The position numbers and the translations under genes are program-made. A DNA stretch of 59,222 bases from NCBI GenBank assembly GCA_001687465.1, contig LVLI01000720.1:1-59222 (forward strand). The letters are read 5' to 3'. The notes under the pieces are model-generated. The model had not been told where the DNA came from and did not search any database. It worked only from the letters and a program-made list of their open reading frames with translations. Shown in pieces: positions 24,430 through 36,600 of this stretch (positions are counted from its first letter, which is position 1; every line of letters begins with the position of its first letter). Source of the stretch: Halocafeteria seosinensis (Eukaryota).

Positions 24430-25570
24430 TTAGGTGGTCAGTGTGTGAAGGGAACAGCGCTTGGCAGTCGAACGATGTGACCGAATTGTCTCAGGCGCAT
24501 CGCTCTCTCTATTTGGAGTCCGAAGTGACCAGAGGGAACACGTTTGGCTGAAAGCCTGACAGACCTCTTCGGCTTTCGTGTCTTCGTCGTAGTTTGCCCA
24601 TTCCTGTTTATACCATGGATGGACCTCTATGACGCCGTCGGAATCCGTTTGCGGTCTATCTTCGTGTCTGAGAACAAAATCTGGCCAGGCGACTGTCACT
24701 TCCTTGTTGCTTGCTGTGGATTGGTACTCTCTTCCCAGAGATTCTTCTGGTTGTTCCTCAACGACGACATTTACCTCGTGCTTCCGTTCGAGCACTCTTC
24801 TGAACTTCACCCTCCTTAGTTGATTCTTTTTTCCTTGCTTCAACAATACACTTTTGAATTGTGGTCTCCAGTTAATAAACGAATCTATACCGGTACACTG
24901 CCGACGGTCTTCGTCCTCATTGTTTTCCGAGTTGAACAATATTTCCGTGGAGCTGCTTCCCGGACTTGCACCACTCACAGCAAAGCGAGATGAGCGTGGC
25001 TGTTCTTTCCTAACAAGTTTCTGTGTTGCTAGAGAGATGTGAGGACTAGAAGAGGTAGCCAAGTTGCCAATGGATGGCTCTTCTGCGGAAGTTGCCATGG
25101 TGTAGTCCTGTGCCCATTTCCAAGTTTTGTTTATCGTTTCAATTTTTTTGGTCATGATAGATGATATGGCGCTTACTGAGTATCTCCCGCTTACATCGTT
25201 TGACTGTTGCTGTACAGCATAGCCTCCTTTGCTCAGCGAAATGCAGCTGGAGTTCGTTTCCAAATCACATGCGGCTTCTTCCTGTGTGTAGTGTTTCCGT
25301 TTGGCAGTGCCCCAGCTTATTCTCTGCACTACGAGCGAATCAAATGAAAGTGTCTGCTTCCAGCGCAAACGTATTACCTATTCACTCATTCATTACCTTC
25401 GGTCTGCTCCAGAAAGCAGCGGATCTTGTAGCAACGGTGGGTCCTGGTATGGACTGAGAAAGAGGAATTTGAGAGTTCCAGTTCCGTACATCTCGATTCT
25501 CGTCAATAGCTGATAGCGGCTGTTGCTGTTTGGCAGCACCACGAGTCCTTCGAATTGGTCTGCGCAACAT
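24430..25570 (-). CDS. Hypothetical low-complexity protein, ~355 aa. Exons 25570-25397 and 25323-24430.
   Basis: Exon 1 (MLRRPIRRTRGAAKQQQPLSAIDEN...RPK) has a GTAATG donor at 25396. A TGCAG acceptor at 25324 joins it in frame to the 312-aa ORF. No domain recognised. Confidence 0.55.
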
Positions 25571-25925
25571 CAATTGAAAGGAAATGATTGAAATCATGCG
25601 CTTGTATTGTTGTTTGGCCATATGTAGAATTGTGTCATTTGTCCGGTAGCAGTCTGAGAAACTGAAACGTACGTTTTGTAAGTTCGCGGTGGATTCATTG
25701 GGCTTTCCCAGATAAGCAATGTCAAAACATATTCGACAACAATGTTTATAATTGTCCATTTTCATGGGGTCGGACAAATTTAGTAGGAAAACGTATCTGT
25801 TTAGCTTCGGGACAGACGGAGAACAGGAATTGGAATTCTCGTTCCCCTCTGGGAACTCACCTTATTACTCAAGTTAGTCTTTGCGACTCCCGTTTTCCAT
25901 GGTGTCCCTTTATAGTGGCTCAAAG

Positions 25926-26175
25926 GCGGCGGTGCGAGTTTGGATCGGCTGTACGTCCAAAATGCGTCTACCGCCCGCCATAACAGTAAATTAATTTATT
26001 TACTGTTTGGGAAAACCCCCATAAAACATATATGAAGTTTATTTAAAAATGGTCCGCTCTAGAAGATGAATACTTCCTAGCATTGAGGGCATATCGAGAT
26101 GGGCCCAACTCCCATAAAATATTTAATCAATTGGTTCAAAATGGGCTACCTTGAATAAACGAATAGCTCCTAAAA
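25926..26175. repeat. Hairpin cluster followed by an AT-rich degenerate ~93-bp-period duplication
   Basis: Imperfect stem GGCGGCGGT..TTTGGA..TCCAAA..ACCGCCCGCC. Perfect 10-bp inverted repeat AACAGTAAAT/ATTTACTGTT at 25982-26007. Blocks CCCATAAAA..AAAATGG..GAATAnnTCCTA occur at ~26018 and again at ~26111. Confidence 0.5.
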
Positions 26176-26203
26176 CTTTATTATATCTGGGGGATGTGCG
26201 TCA

Positions 26204-26570
26204 TTTACTTATCTATTGATGCAATAAATGAAAAGCAAAAAAGAAAGGACGAATGTCCAAGTACCAATTTCTTGACTGCTTTCTTTATCCCGGATGTGCT
26301 CTTTTGCTTCTTAGAGCTGGAAACAAGTTGTCTATTTGTTGCTGCTTCCTCCTCTCTTTCTCGACCGCGGCGTCATTGTAACTTCATTGAAAGAAGTCTA
26401 TCAGCACTGTTATGCTGCATTGATCGGAAATTGCAATTTGCAGTCCCATCGTGCGTTGTCAAGAAGCGCGTTATTTTGTTCTCTCTGGTAGATTTTTGTT
26501 GTTGTATCATATTATCCTGTGTAAGGAGTATAAGAGGGGGATCCACTCGTTTCTCGAGCCCAGGTTGATA
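26204..26570 (-). pseudogene. Possible decayed coding fragment with an in-frame TGA
   Basis: A minus-strand frame of ~120 codons is interrupted once by TGA at 26373-26375: ...DRLLSMKLQ*RRGREREEEAATNRQLVSSSKKQKSTSGIKKAVKK. Confidence 0.25.
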
Positions 26571-27630
26571 GTTTTATTACCGTTTGCAGGAGATGATGCC
26601 GGAGAAATAAGCTTCTCGAGGAACCAACATGGCTGCTGCAACACATTGTACTATCTCCCGTCATAATCGTAAATCAATAGAGAGAGCGTGCGCTTTTGAT
26701 CACCGTAGAAGTTTTTGAATAAAGCTTTACATATTCTTCTTTTGCTTTGAAGTCTAAATACCATACTTGTATCAGTTCAGCCATCAACACAGATAACTAG
26801 TTTAGCCACTTGTCTAGTATACGTCTACTTAAAATGTCAGATACATTGTAGCAAGTTTCATAGAACAATGGCAAACAGTACAGTGTAGTGTACGGAAGCT
26901 AGTATCGGGCCCGCCTCAAGCTATGACAGTGGTACTTAATGAGCAGCTCAAGCGTAGCTTTCAAGAAGCTAGTTATTGTTACAGAGGAAAGGCACAACGT
27001 TGTGTATGGTGGTTGTATCGCTTTCGCATGGGTTTGTTGTGCGTCGGTGGTTAAGGAGTTGCGACGCTACTCGTAGTGGTGGTTCCTCTCATATCAAGGC
27101 CAAAAAGAAAGCAAAGAAAGTAGACTATAATTCATCCATTTTCTCTGCTCGCTTAGTTCGTCGCAACGGGGTACAATCAATGGGCGTCGCATATCGCACG
27201 CGAAGACTTGAGTGATGCTGTTTTCCGCACGGCATGTCCTGGGCAATCAAAAAAAAAAGAAAAAGGAAGAATTTAAATGCCTTTTTTAGGGGGTATTGCT
27301 AGCGACTCGGGAGTACTCATCGTATTGTAAAGGTACTACAGAAGATAAGGGAGCAGATATACAGGGAAATTTTGTTTGTCTTAGTTTATTGAGGCTCATA
27401 GAGCAAATAGACCCTGGGCAAACTAGAGCCTCTATTGCTGTTTGTATCGCTCCTCTCGTCGCGCATAAGGAATCCTTGACGAGTTAGTGATATTAAGGAG
27501 GGTTGTCTTTGGATACTCCACTTTTTGGCGCCTTCAGTGAAGGATTGGGGGGAAGATCGGCCATTGGACTTGGATGTGAGTTTGGTTGGTACCCAAGTGA
27601 AAGAAAAGATTGCATCCACGTTATCGTGAA

Positions 27631-30600
27631 ATGGAGGAAGTACGAAAGCAGCTTGCGGTCATTAACGACCAAGAATCCAATGTGGAGCAACTTTCGGTCG
27701 CCGTAGATATAGTTGCGGACTCGGTTGACATCGGTTTCACCACCGAATACAGGTAAGGAAGCTACCTTCATCCCCGGTTCTGCCTTGAAACTCTCACATC
27801 CCCCACTGTGCAGTGACTACGTAAAAGAGGTCATTCCAGCTGTCCAAAACCTTCTTCAGCAGAGATTACCTGTGCAATTTGAGCGAAATGAAACCTATCG
27901 TGTACGACATACTGCAGTGCTCATACTGTACCGACTACCGATGAAAACGCCTCTTGGAGACCACCTTGAGACAGTGTTGCCTCTTATTATGGATGTTATT
28001 GCCTCGGACAATGAAGAAAATGCCGTCATATGTATCAAAAAGTTTTACGAATTACAGCAGCACTTTCGATATTCAACGCATGAGCTGTTCAAGAAGTTCT
28101 ATCGATTTGCACTGAGCGGGTATATTGATGCTCTTGAGGTTGCAAACTATTTGTTTCCAGGGTCCTTCGAAAAACCAGCTTCAAAAAAGTCTTCGAAAAG
28201 TAGCAGCACAGTGTCACAGACATCTCATGAGCAGTTCCTGACTCGCCTTAGCTCTCAAATTGCGAAAAATTTCTTCTCTCAATACTCTGCGGACAAAATG
28301 ATCACAGGTGAAATTGTGCTGCCAGGGTGTTGCTCTTTCCGTGTACTGAGGGAGGTCCCGCTCGTGGCTAAGTTGATGTTTGGCATTCACAAACAAGAGC
28401 ATCATGCGAGTCAACGATCGTCGCGATCATCTGACGGTCAAACACAAGGGCAATCCGATGGACAGCGTAGAAGCGGAGACCAAAGCTCGAGCTTTGAAGA
28501 AATAATGAAGGACATTGGAGAACTACTGAAACAAATTGCAGCCTTTCTAAGCGCGAACGTGAGCGCCAGGAAAGGAGATCTTGACGTGACCGAGGGTAAC
28601 TCAGCGTACCCTCGACGGATCGAATTTGTTACAGCGCAAGTAAAGGGTCTTTTGTTTGCCGTATTTATGAGCAGTCGTTTCGAGGCCCACTTCCTAGCGA
28701 AGACATTGAGAATGCATTTATGTTTGCAATTGTTTCACAATATACCGATTGAAACCACAGAGCTTTGGAGTGACATGATCCAAATTTTCAAGGAATTGAT
28801 TAAGTTTCGCACGTCACCTAAAAGCAGCAGTTCGGACTCAGCAGTAGCCGGAGACACCACTATTGCAACGACAATGAGTGAGTTCATGACGGAGGCCAAT
28901 CGAGTAATGTGTAGTTCCACCATCAACGTTTATGTGCTCAGCCGTATATATGGGGTAATTCAAGAATTAGTGCTACAGCTTCAGGACAGTACTGACGTGA
29001 CGACGGGCGTACTTTTTTTGTGCAAGGGGCTAAATGATCATCGTCTCCCGCTAACATCACACTTATCGATCCTGAGTGGCCTCATACGAAGTGCAGGGAA
29101 ATTCGTCAAGCAGAATACTCTCCTTCAAGCGGAATCAAGACGCCTTCTTGGCGACGTGCTGATAACTATGATTAAAAAGGTAGGCAGCTTGTCTTATATG
29201 GTCCCATCTGTGATTCTTGCGAACAAACGAGCATGGAAGCGACTTGAACGGCTTCGACAAGAGGAAGCGCGTATGAACTCTCATTCAGTGTCTGTTGCTG
29301 CGATTAGCAGAGGGGATGTGCCGTTTAACGACCTTGAACAGGAGTGCCCGAAGACTAACTGGAATGAACTGTGTCGGACGACTCATGGACAGAGGCATGC
29401 AGGATGGAGTGCCGGCAGATACCACTTTTCCCTAGGTCATGACGTTGAGAGTGACGACGACGCTGAAGAAGCAAACGAGGAATGTATTAATCAGGCTGAT
29501 AATTTGTACGCGGACCCCACAAGCTCAAGATTGACTCCGAATAAGAAACCAAGCAAAGCCTCTCTTACCCCGGATGAGATGGAGATTTCGAGTGCCATCG
29601 AAGCTTCGGGATTGTTGAAAAGGTTGATCACTAACCTTATATCTGGCATTTGTACCACATCTTGGATCATCAGCAACTATGGAGAGCCTGAGAAGACCAC
29701 CTACGTCTCGGCTAATAGCTCAGGAAGCGGAAGGAAGACTGCCTCGCAAGACGAGAGTACGTCCAACCGTTTTACGGAGGAAGAGCTCATAATGTTTCGT
29801 CGGCTGTTATGTTGGGGACTTCGGTGTTTTCGGCTATTCTGCGCCCCTTCGGACAAATGGCCAAATCTAGACATTGCTAGTGATGAACTCTCACCGACAA
29901 TGCATGAGTTGACATCGGTAGATGAAGAGACAGCGTCACTGTTTCACTCGTTTGCTCATATTTTTTCGATGTTCCGTGAAACGGTCTTACATGACGTATT
30001 GAGAGGTATGATGCCGTTTATTTTCCGTCATATGCTAATTTGCCCTCAGTTGATCTTGGTCATGAGTAGATGGCTTATCCTTGAGAGTACGGCGAAGCCA
30101 TTCACACGCCTTCTTGCTGATTTCTTAACTAAGCATGTCCATCTTCTAAACCCTGTGGATCCGCATATGGCGGTTAAGCCTGTGGAGACTGTTATCTCTT
30201 GTGTGTCGCGGCAGGAAGGGAAATCAACCGTGGATGGCCATTCGTCATTATGTTCGAAGGCGTGTCGTATTCCTATTTTAACGAACTCACGGCCCTTGGT
30301 GTACATGCCGGGGTTTATCGACCTTGTCCACCCTGCAGCACCGTTTGTTTCTGAGGTCACGTCCTTGTCGCTTTTCCCGGCACCCTTGAGGGCGTTCATA
30401 ATACGATGGCTGCTAGACAAAATGTTTTCAACGGTGTCGAAGAATGAGGCGTTAAAGGCGGAGTTGAAGGACAACGTCGTTATTTTAGTCACGGGAATAC
30501 TTCGAGACGCCTTTGCCACGTCAGACCCAGATGGCCATCTCCTTGTATTAGCTAACGTTTTCTCGAGCTTCAGCCGGACAACCTCTGCAGCACGTTCGTT

Positions 30601-33600
30601 AACCATTGATGCTCCTGAAATTGCCCGACTTCTCTTGCGCAATCTGCTTTCGTTACATTCAGTCGTTAGCAAAATGGAGCAGAAAGATAAGATAATTGAG
30701 CTATGTTTGAGTATGCCGGCAAAGCTGAGCACTCAGCTACCTAACCTGGCGTTTCTTGTGCGCCCGTTACTTCTGGGATTAAATAGCAAGAACCCCCAAA
30801 CTACGAATGCAGCACTGCAAATATTCAGAACGTGGGCAGAAAGGCTGAACCCCGATTATCTATTCCCAATACTGGATCAAGCCTCGGGAACGTTGAAAGA
30901 TATCCTTGGCTCCCTGTGTAATTTCTTGAAACCAAACGCTGCAAAAGAATTGGCCAAACAAAGTCTCAACATTTTGGGTCTTTTGGGTGGCCGGAATCGT
31001 TGGCACCTCATAAAGCCACCTTGCCTTTCAACAATTGTTCCTCGGGGCCGGGGGAACGACATTACTTCCTCTATTCCTTACAAAGATGACAGCGGCTCAG
31101 TTTCGTTCCGGCTGGGAAAGTTAATCTCTCTTGCGTTCTTGCAGTTAAACAGGGACGTGGAGTTTACAAAAGAATGTAGCAAATGTAATTCGTACCAAGA
31201 TTCCGCTCCCTGCAACGGACATAATCCAAGAGAAGCCACCTCTTCACCGTCCTATCGATATCGCAGTGCTGTAGAAGCCGTGGAGCGGGCTGGCAGAACT
31301 TCCTGGTCCGACAGCGATTCTGATTCTGACGATCTTGTAGAATCCGACAAAGACGACGGCAGCTACACGAAGGCTGCTACTGAAAGTATCCGGATCGACG
31401 AGCGCCGAAGGCACTCGAAAAAGGCGTCATGGCGCTTCATCAAAAGCATTGCAGACCGGCTCATTGAAAAGCGCAAGTGGAATCAAGACGGTAAAGAGAG
31501 ACTCAAATACTTGTGCAGCCAGTCTGATATATTGAATCACACAAATAATCTCAGTAATGACCAGAAGGCACCCATCCCAAACGAGGGTTCTGGTGAGACG
31601 GATAGCGATGTTGGAAGCGCACACCGAAACCAGTTTGTGTCATCAGATATGGTTCGCAAGGTATTTCTTTCCATAGCTATCGCATCAGTAGATCGAGATT
31701 TTTCTTCTTCGGCGCGACGAGTGCTTGATGATCTCGTAGAATGTTTTGCTTTAGACTGCGTCGCTGAAGGCGTTGACCTTATCCGCAATTCTGGACGGCT
31801 AGTGACGGGCGCAGCACGTACTCAGGGTGATTTGAGCAGAGCTGTGCTAGTCGAAACCATAATTGGTTTGGCATGCGGAAACTCATTGAATCAACTCTTG
31901 CCAGTAGCCATTGATATTTTATACAAGGTATTTGCGACGTTTGACAGCATTTGCGATGGTTGTGTGGTGAAGAGAGCCAAAGGTAACTTTTTGGTAACCG
32001 GACCAACGGGGTACTTTTTCCGATCTTTCACGCTGTATACAGCTCATGCAGTCTCTGTCCATGCATGGCAAGCTCAGATTGGTTCATTGTGCTGTTTGTT
32101 GGCTTCTATGAAATTGTTTCCCCTTGAATGGACTCATACTTATCAAGATGTGATCATGAAGTGTAGTTTCCATGCATTGAAACAGCATACGATGTATTTT
32201 GCGGGTTCGGTTTGTTATGCTGCACGGGCTACCCTTGACTGCTTATTTAGGCTGCGATACTTGAGCGAAACGTTTTACCGTCGGCGTCATTTAAGGCAGT
32301 TGCCCGACGATGCATTGTTGCTTCGAATTAAGATACCCTCAGAGGCCGCTGCATCCAGTTTATTCGTAGCTTTTGCGTGGAAACCGGGAAGGGGGACGCG
32401 GAAGGATGTTATTAGCAGTATCCGCGAAGAGTTGCACGCGTTCTCCAGCACAACGTTATCGGAAGAGGACGTCTCAGGTCTCGACCAGGAAGATCTCTTC
32501 AACTCCCGTGTTTCCCTGAAAGGGACCTTAGTGCCATTGGGCTTTTACTTGGGGGAGGATGCAACAACCATTGTCATCACTTCTTGCAATGAAGTACAGA
32601 GTGCATTTCTACAGCTACAGAACTTATTCGAGTCCCTCTTGAAAAATAAGGGGAACATCTCTGGCACCACTAGCGTAATTGACCAAATGACTCTTGCGGA
32701 AACATCAACCCTCTTGATTGGCGGTCTGCCAGTGCATGAAGTGCGGTCTCCTCTTGATGAACTGGGGTCGGGTGGCCGCGGATCTACATCGCCCCAGTCG
32801 GAATATGCAGGTACTACACCTAATACCCGTAATGCTCGGATAGTGCCGCACGTTTTGCTGTGCGATAAGACAAGGGCATCCTTCAGCAACGCTGTCGATT
32901 TGGCTGCCTATGAATTGGTGAGCTTCTGTGGGACGGCGAGACACGCATCGTGGGTGTTCTTGCTTCGTTTGGCGAAGCTGGTCCGTGGTAGTGTTGAAGA
33001 ATTGTTAGAACATGAGGGAAGCGTTGACTGGAAGGATTTATTAGCTCGCAAGCTATATCGCTATTCGTTTAGTACCCTCTCGGCGAAAGATAAAATTGGT
33101 CAATTGAAGGCTATCTATTTCCTGTTAAAGAAGATGCCAGGCCAGTTTCCAGTGAACTCGTATACTGTTAAATGCTTGCAGGGAGCCGTTGAGGAATGTA
33201 AAAAAGAAGACATAAAGAGTCGATTCACAAGGGAAACCGAAGTACAGGCCCCGGAGGGCCGCTGTACGATTGGAGCAGACGCTGATCCGGAAGACCTATA
33301 TTCTCTGAAACTGGCAAGTTCTCCGATTCCTTATCAATGGCCCGATCCCTTTGCGCTTGGGTGGCCGACGTTTGACATCTCAGTTTACGTCTCGCATCGG
33401 TACGATCTTCAAAATGCGAAAGCACGATGGTATACACGCGGGAATGGCAACCTACCCCCTTCGGAGTCTCCATTGATGAGATCAACGGATGAGCAGCAGT
33501 GCCCGCCTATCTATGTTCCTGGTATAAGTGATGGATCGATTGTAGATGAGTTCAATAGCTTCTCTGACAGTGCGAGCATTCGGCAGGGAGCCGATCGCCG

Positions 33601-36600
33601 CACAACGCAACAGTCCTTGTTTGAGCCGCTGCTCTTCTCTAATGCAGTGTCTTATTCTTATTCGCGGAGTAAGTCCCCAGGTCAACAGAGTAAGGAAAGA
33701 TCGGAACAAAATGCAGCAAGTCCCACACAGACTCCTATTCGACGTTTCTTGCAAACCAAATTCTATGAAGCAGGGACGTTACTAAAACTGTCTCAACCGG
33801 CAAACTCATCTATAGCTTTCGACCTCCTCGCATGTAGCTCGTTCGCTGCTGCCACAGCTTGCCCCTTAGACTTTGGTGACTTCTTAACCAAGAGAGGAGA
33901 TGGTGATTACTCTGTTGGGGGAGGTCTCTGTACTGTTAGTAAGGAGGGTATCGATGGCAACCATAGGGATGCGACTAATGAGGAGGCTGATGTGGTACCG
34001 TCTGAACTGGAAGCATTGTTCAGCCGACGGGATAATTGCCTCTACCCTTATCCTTGGGATTCCAGCATTGCCACACGAGCATTCCAAGATTCTGGCACTT
34101 ATGACGTTATGTCACTATCTTCTGCCGCTAATGCTCATGAAAAGGTGAACTTTACGCATCCTACGTATGCTGAAATACTGTACATTACTGTGGCAGAGCT
34201 TATTGCAATTATTTATCATGAGCCTGCAACTAGAAAGTTTGGTGGCAAAGAACAGCAGGGTGTTAGTACGCAAGTCGTTGCTGACAGGGAGATCGACGAT
34301 GCGCTCCAGAAGACTTGCCAGGATGCACTTTCATCTCTATTCGACTGTTTTATCTCATCTAATACTGCAGTGATCGCTTCTGTGTACGAATCTCTGAAAT
34401 TGGTCTTTGAGTTCTATACCCAAACTAACGGTGTACAGAAGGTGTTAAACAGCGTTAACCTTAAGGACTTTTTGCGGCCGTTGATTGAGAATTTGTCTTT
34501 GCCGCTAGACCGCATCGATATCAAATGCTCTGTTGGGCTGAGTTACGTCCTTTTGTTGCACCCAACCATGTTTGAGAACAAACTTCGGGACAAGGTTATC
34601 AAAGACTTAAAAACATTGTGTGACCCTGCTCAGCAAACGTCGTATACAGTGCAACCCGGTTTGATAACGTCTCTGCTATCCCTGATACATTTCTTTCCAT
34701 CCAATGAGGGAATAGTATCAGATGTTTTACATATATATCTGTCTCTTTCGCGGGATTTTTTGTCTCACCGGATTTCGTCCATTTGCTCACCGTTTCTTCA
34801 ACCGGTGTCCCGCATACTGTCCAGCCATCCTCAGGAAACCATTGAAACATTCCTGACTGCCCCGAAGGAGACATTACTTATCCCCGAAGGCAGTAGTCTT
34901 CTTCTAAATCTGCTGCGACACCCAGTGGGGAAGGCGCTCCGCGCTGAATTGACAAGTGACCATGGAGTGAAGCTTATCATGGACAAGCTGTTAGACGCCC
35001 CTGATTTTATGGTCGATGCGGCTTCAAGCGGCCCAATCAAGGCTGAAAATAGTAGAAAAGCGAACCAGCTTCGATACTATGGCATGAAAATCATTCGCGT
35101 GATTACGAAGAACTCGCCTCGTATTCTCTCATTTCACAAACACGCGCTAGCGTCCAAGCTGAAGACAATATGGCTCCAATTCTGCGAGTGCAATCCTGCC
35201 TCCGTAAACTTCCGGAATGCATCCAAAAGTGCTCGGTTATGCGTTAAGATTTTGTTGAGTTACGTGCGGATGTTTCCTGTTGAAACCAGCGTAATTTTCT
35301 CTCTGCTTTGCGCGTTTCGTATCCCTACACTTACGGACTTTTCCTTTCTTCAGACGTTTTTCTTGAGGGAGCTCCCCTACTCTACACCTCTACCGCTGAG
35401 ACGGCAATATGTAAAATATTTTCTGCATCTTGTTTCGTCAAACGCAACGGATGATTCTATGAAGTGTATAGCCCTGCGTTTGTGGATTATCCCCTTGATT
35501 CGCGTATCACTTCGAGGCAGCTCTCGCAGCGGGACGCAGGAAGGTTCGTGTTCAGACGACATCGACATGGAGGGAAACGAGTGTGCCGACGGCACCGGAC
35601 ATTATGACGACGAAGAACAATGTATGGTGCGGCGTCTGTTTACCCAAAAAATGCTCCATGACCTCGTGGAAACCTTGTATACTGAGAGAGAGGGGGTGAG
35701 AGGTAGTCCGGAGTTACATACCCAACTGCTTCGCTTAGGTTGCCTTCTTCTTTATCATGAAAAGGATGGCATGTCAGCCCATAAGAAGACTATGATAACC
35801 TACGGGTATCATCAAGCGAAGGGCGACGAAATGGATGTTCGTGCCTGGGCACTACTTTTCATTTCGATATTTCTGAGCTCCTACTCCGGGCATTTGGATT
35901 CTGACGCAGCTGTAAACACGTTTGTGCGGGCGCTCCGCACCCCGTTTGGGTTGGATACGGATACATCTGTTACCTGTAGACCCCAAGAAAGCTCCCAACT
36001 CAGTCTCGTTAGCAGTAAGCTTGCACAGAAAGCATTACACATTACAACAGGAGAATTAGTCAAGCAGTTTGAGCAACCAGTGTTGAGTCGTGCAACGAAA
36101 TACTCACGCTTAATTCTTTGTGAAAAGTTCAGGCCCCTTCATGTTACACACGTTTGGCAGGTCGTTCGAGAACATGAGGGGCTGTTTTATCAGTTTCGGG
36201 ATGAGTTTGTACCGGTCTTGATACATCATCTCACTACTTTGGCCGTCCCTTCTAGCAGCGGGGGCCAAACCCCTGTATTCGGCATAGACTTGGTGACGAT
36301 TTTCATCAACTGGGAGGTACGGGAACGAAAGGAGAATCTAATTTCTGCTGAAAAGGATGCCAATGGGGTCATCAAAAGCACATGTAGTGGTCTGGCAAGC
36401 CGCTTCCGGGAAGAGACGACACAGCATGCCAGTATAACCATTGTCAATTTTCTGATTCGTGCAGCGGTAGTAACATGCCAGAAGAAGGATATGAAAGGTG
36501 TATCGCGACGGTGTATTCGCTTGTTGCATGTAGCCTTGTACCTGTGGCCGAATGTGACCATAAGCGTAGAGGTCTTCCAGCACATGATTAGTGAAAGTTC

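Noticed and set aside
24255..24440. RNase MRP-like (GTCCCCG...GGGCTTA) or telomerase-template-like (CCTAAACC) motifs
   Set aside because: The conserved GAAAG before GTCCCC is missing and no Pol III terminator is evident. An 8-mer template match is expected by chance and overlaps a stop codon.
26670..27630. Short ORFs upstream of TRRAP as extra exons or genes
   Set aside because: The TRRAP N-terminus is already explained by the ATG at 27631, and these ORFs lack coding features.
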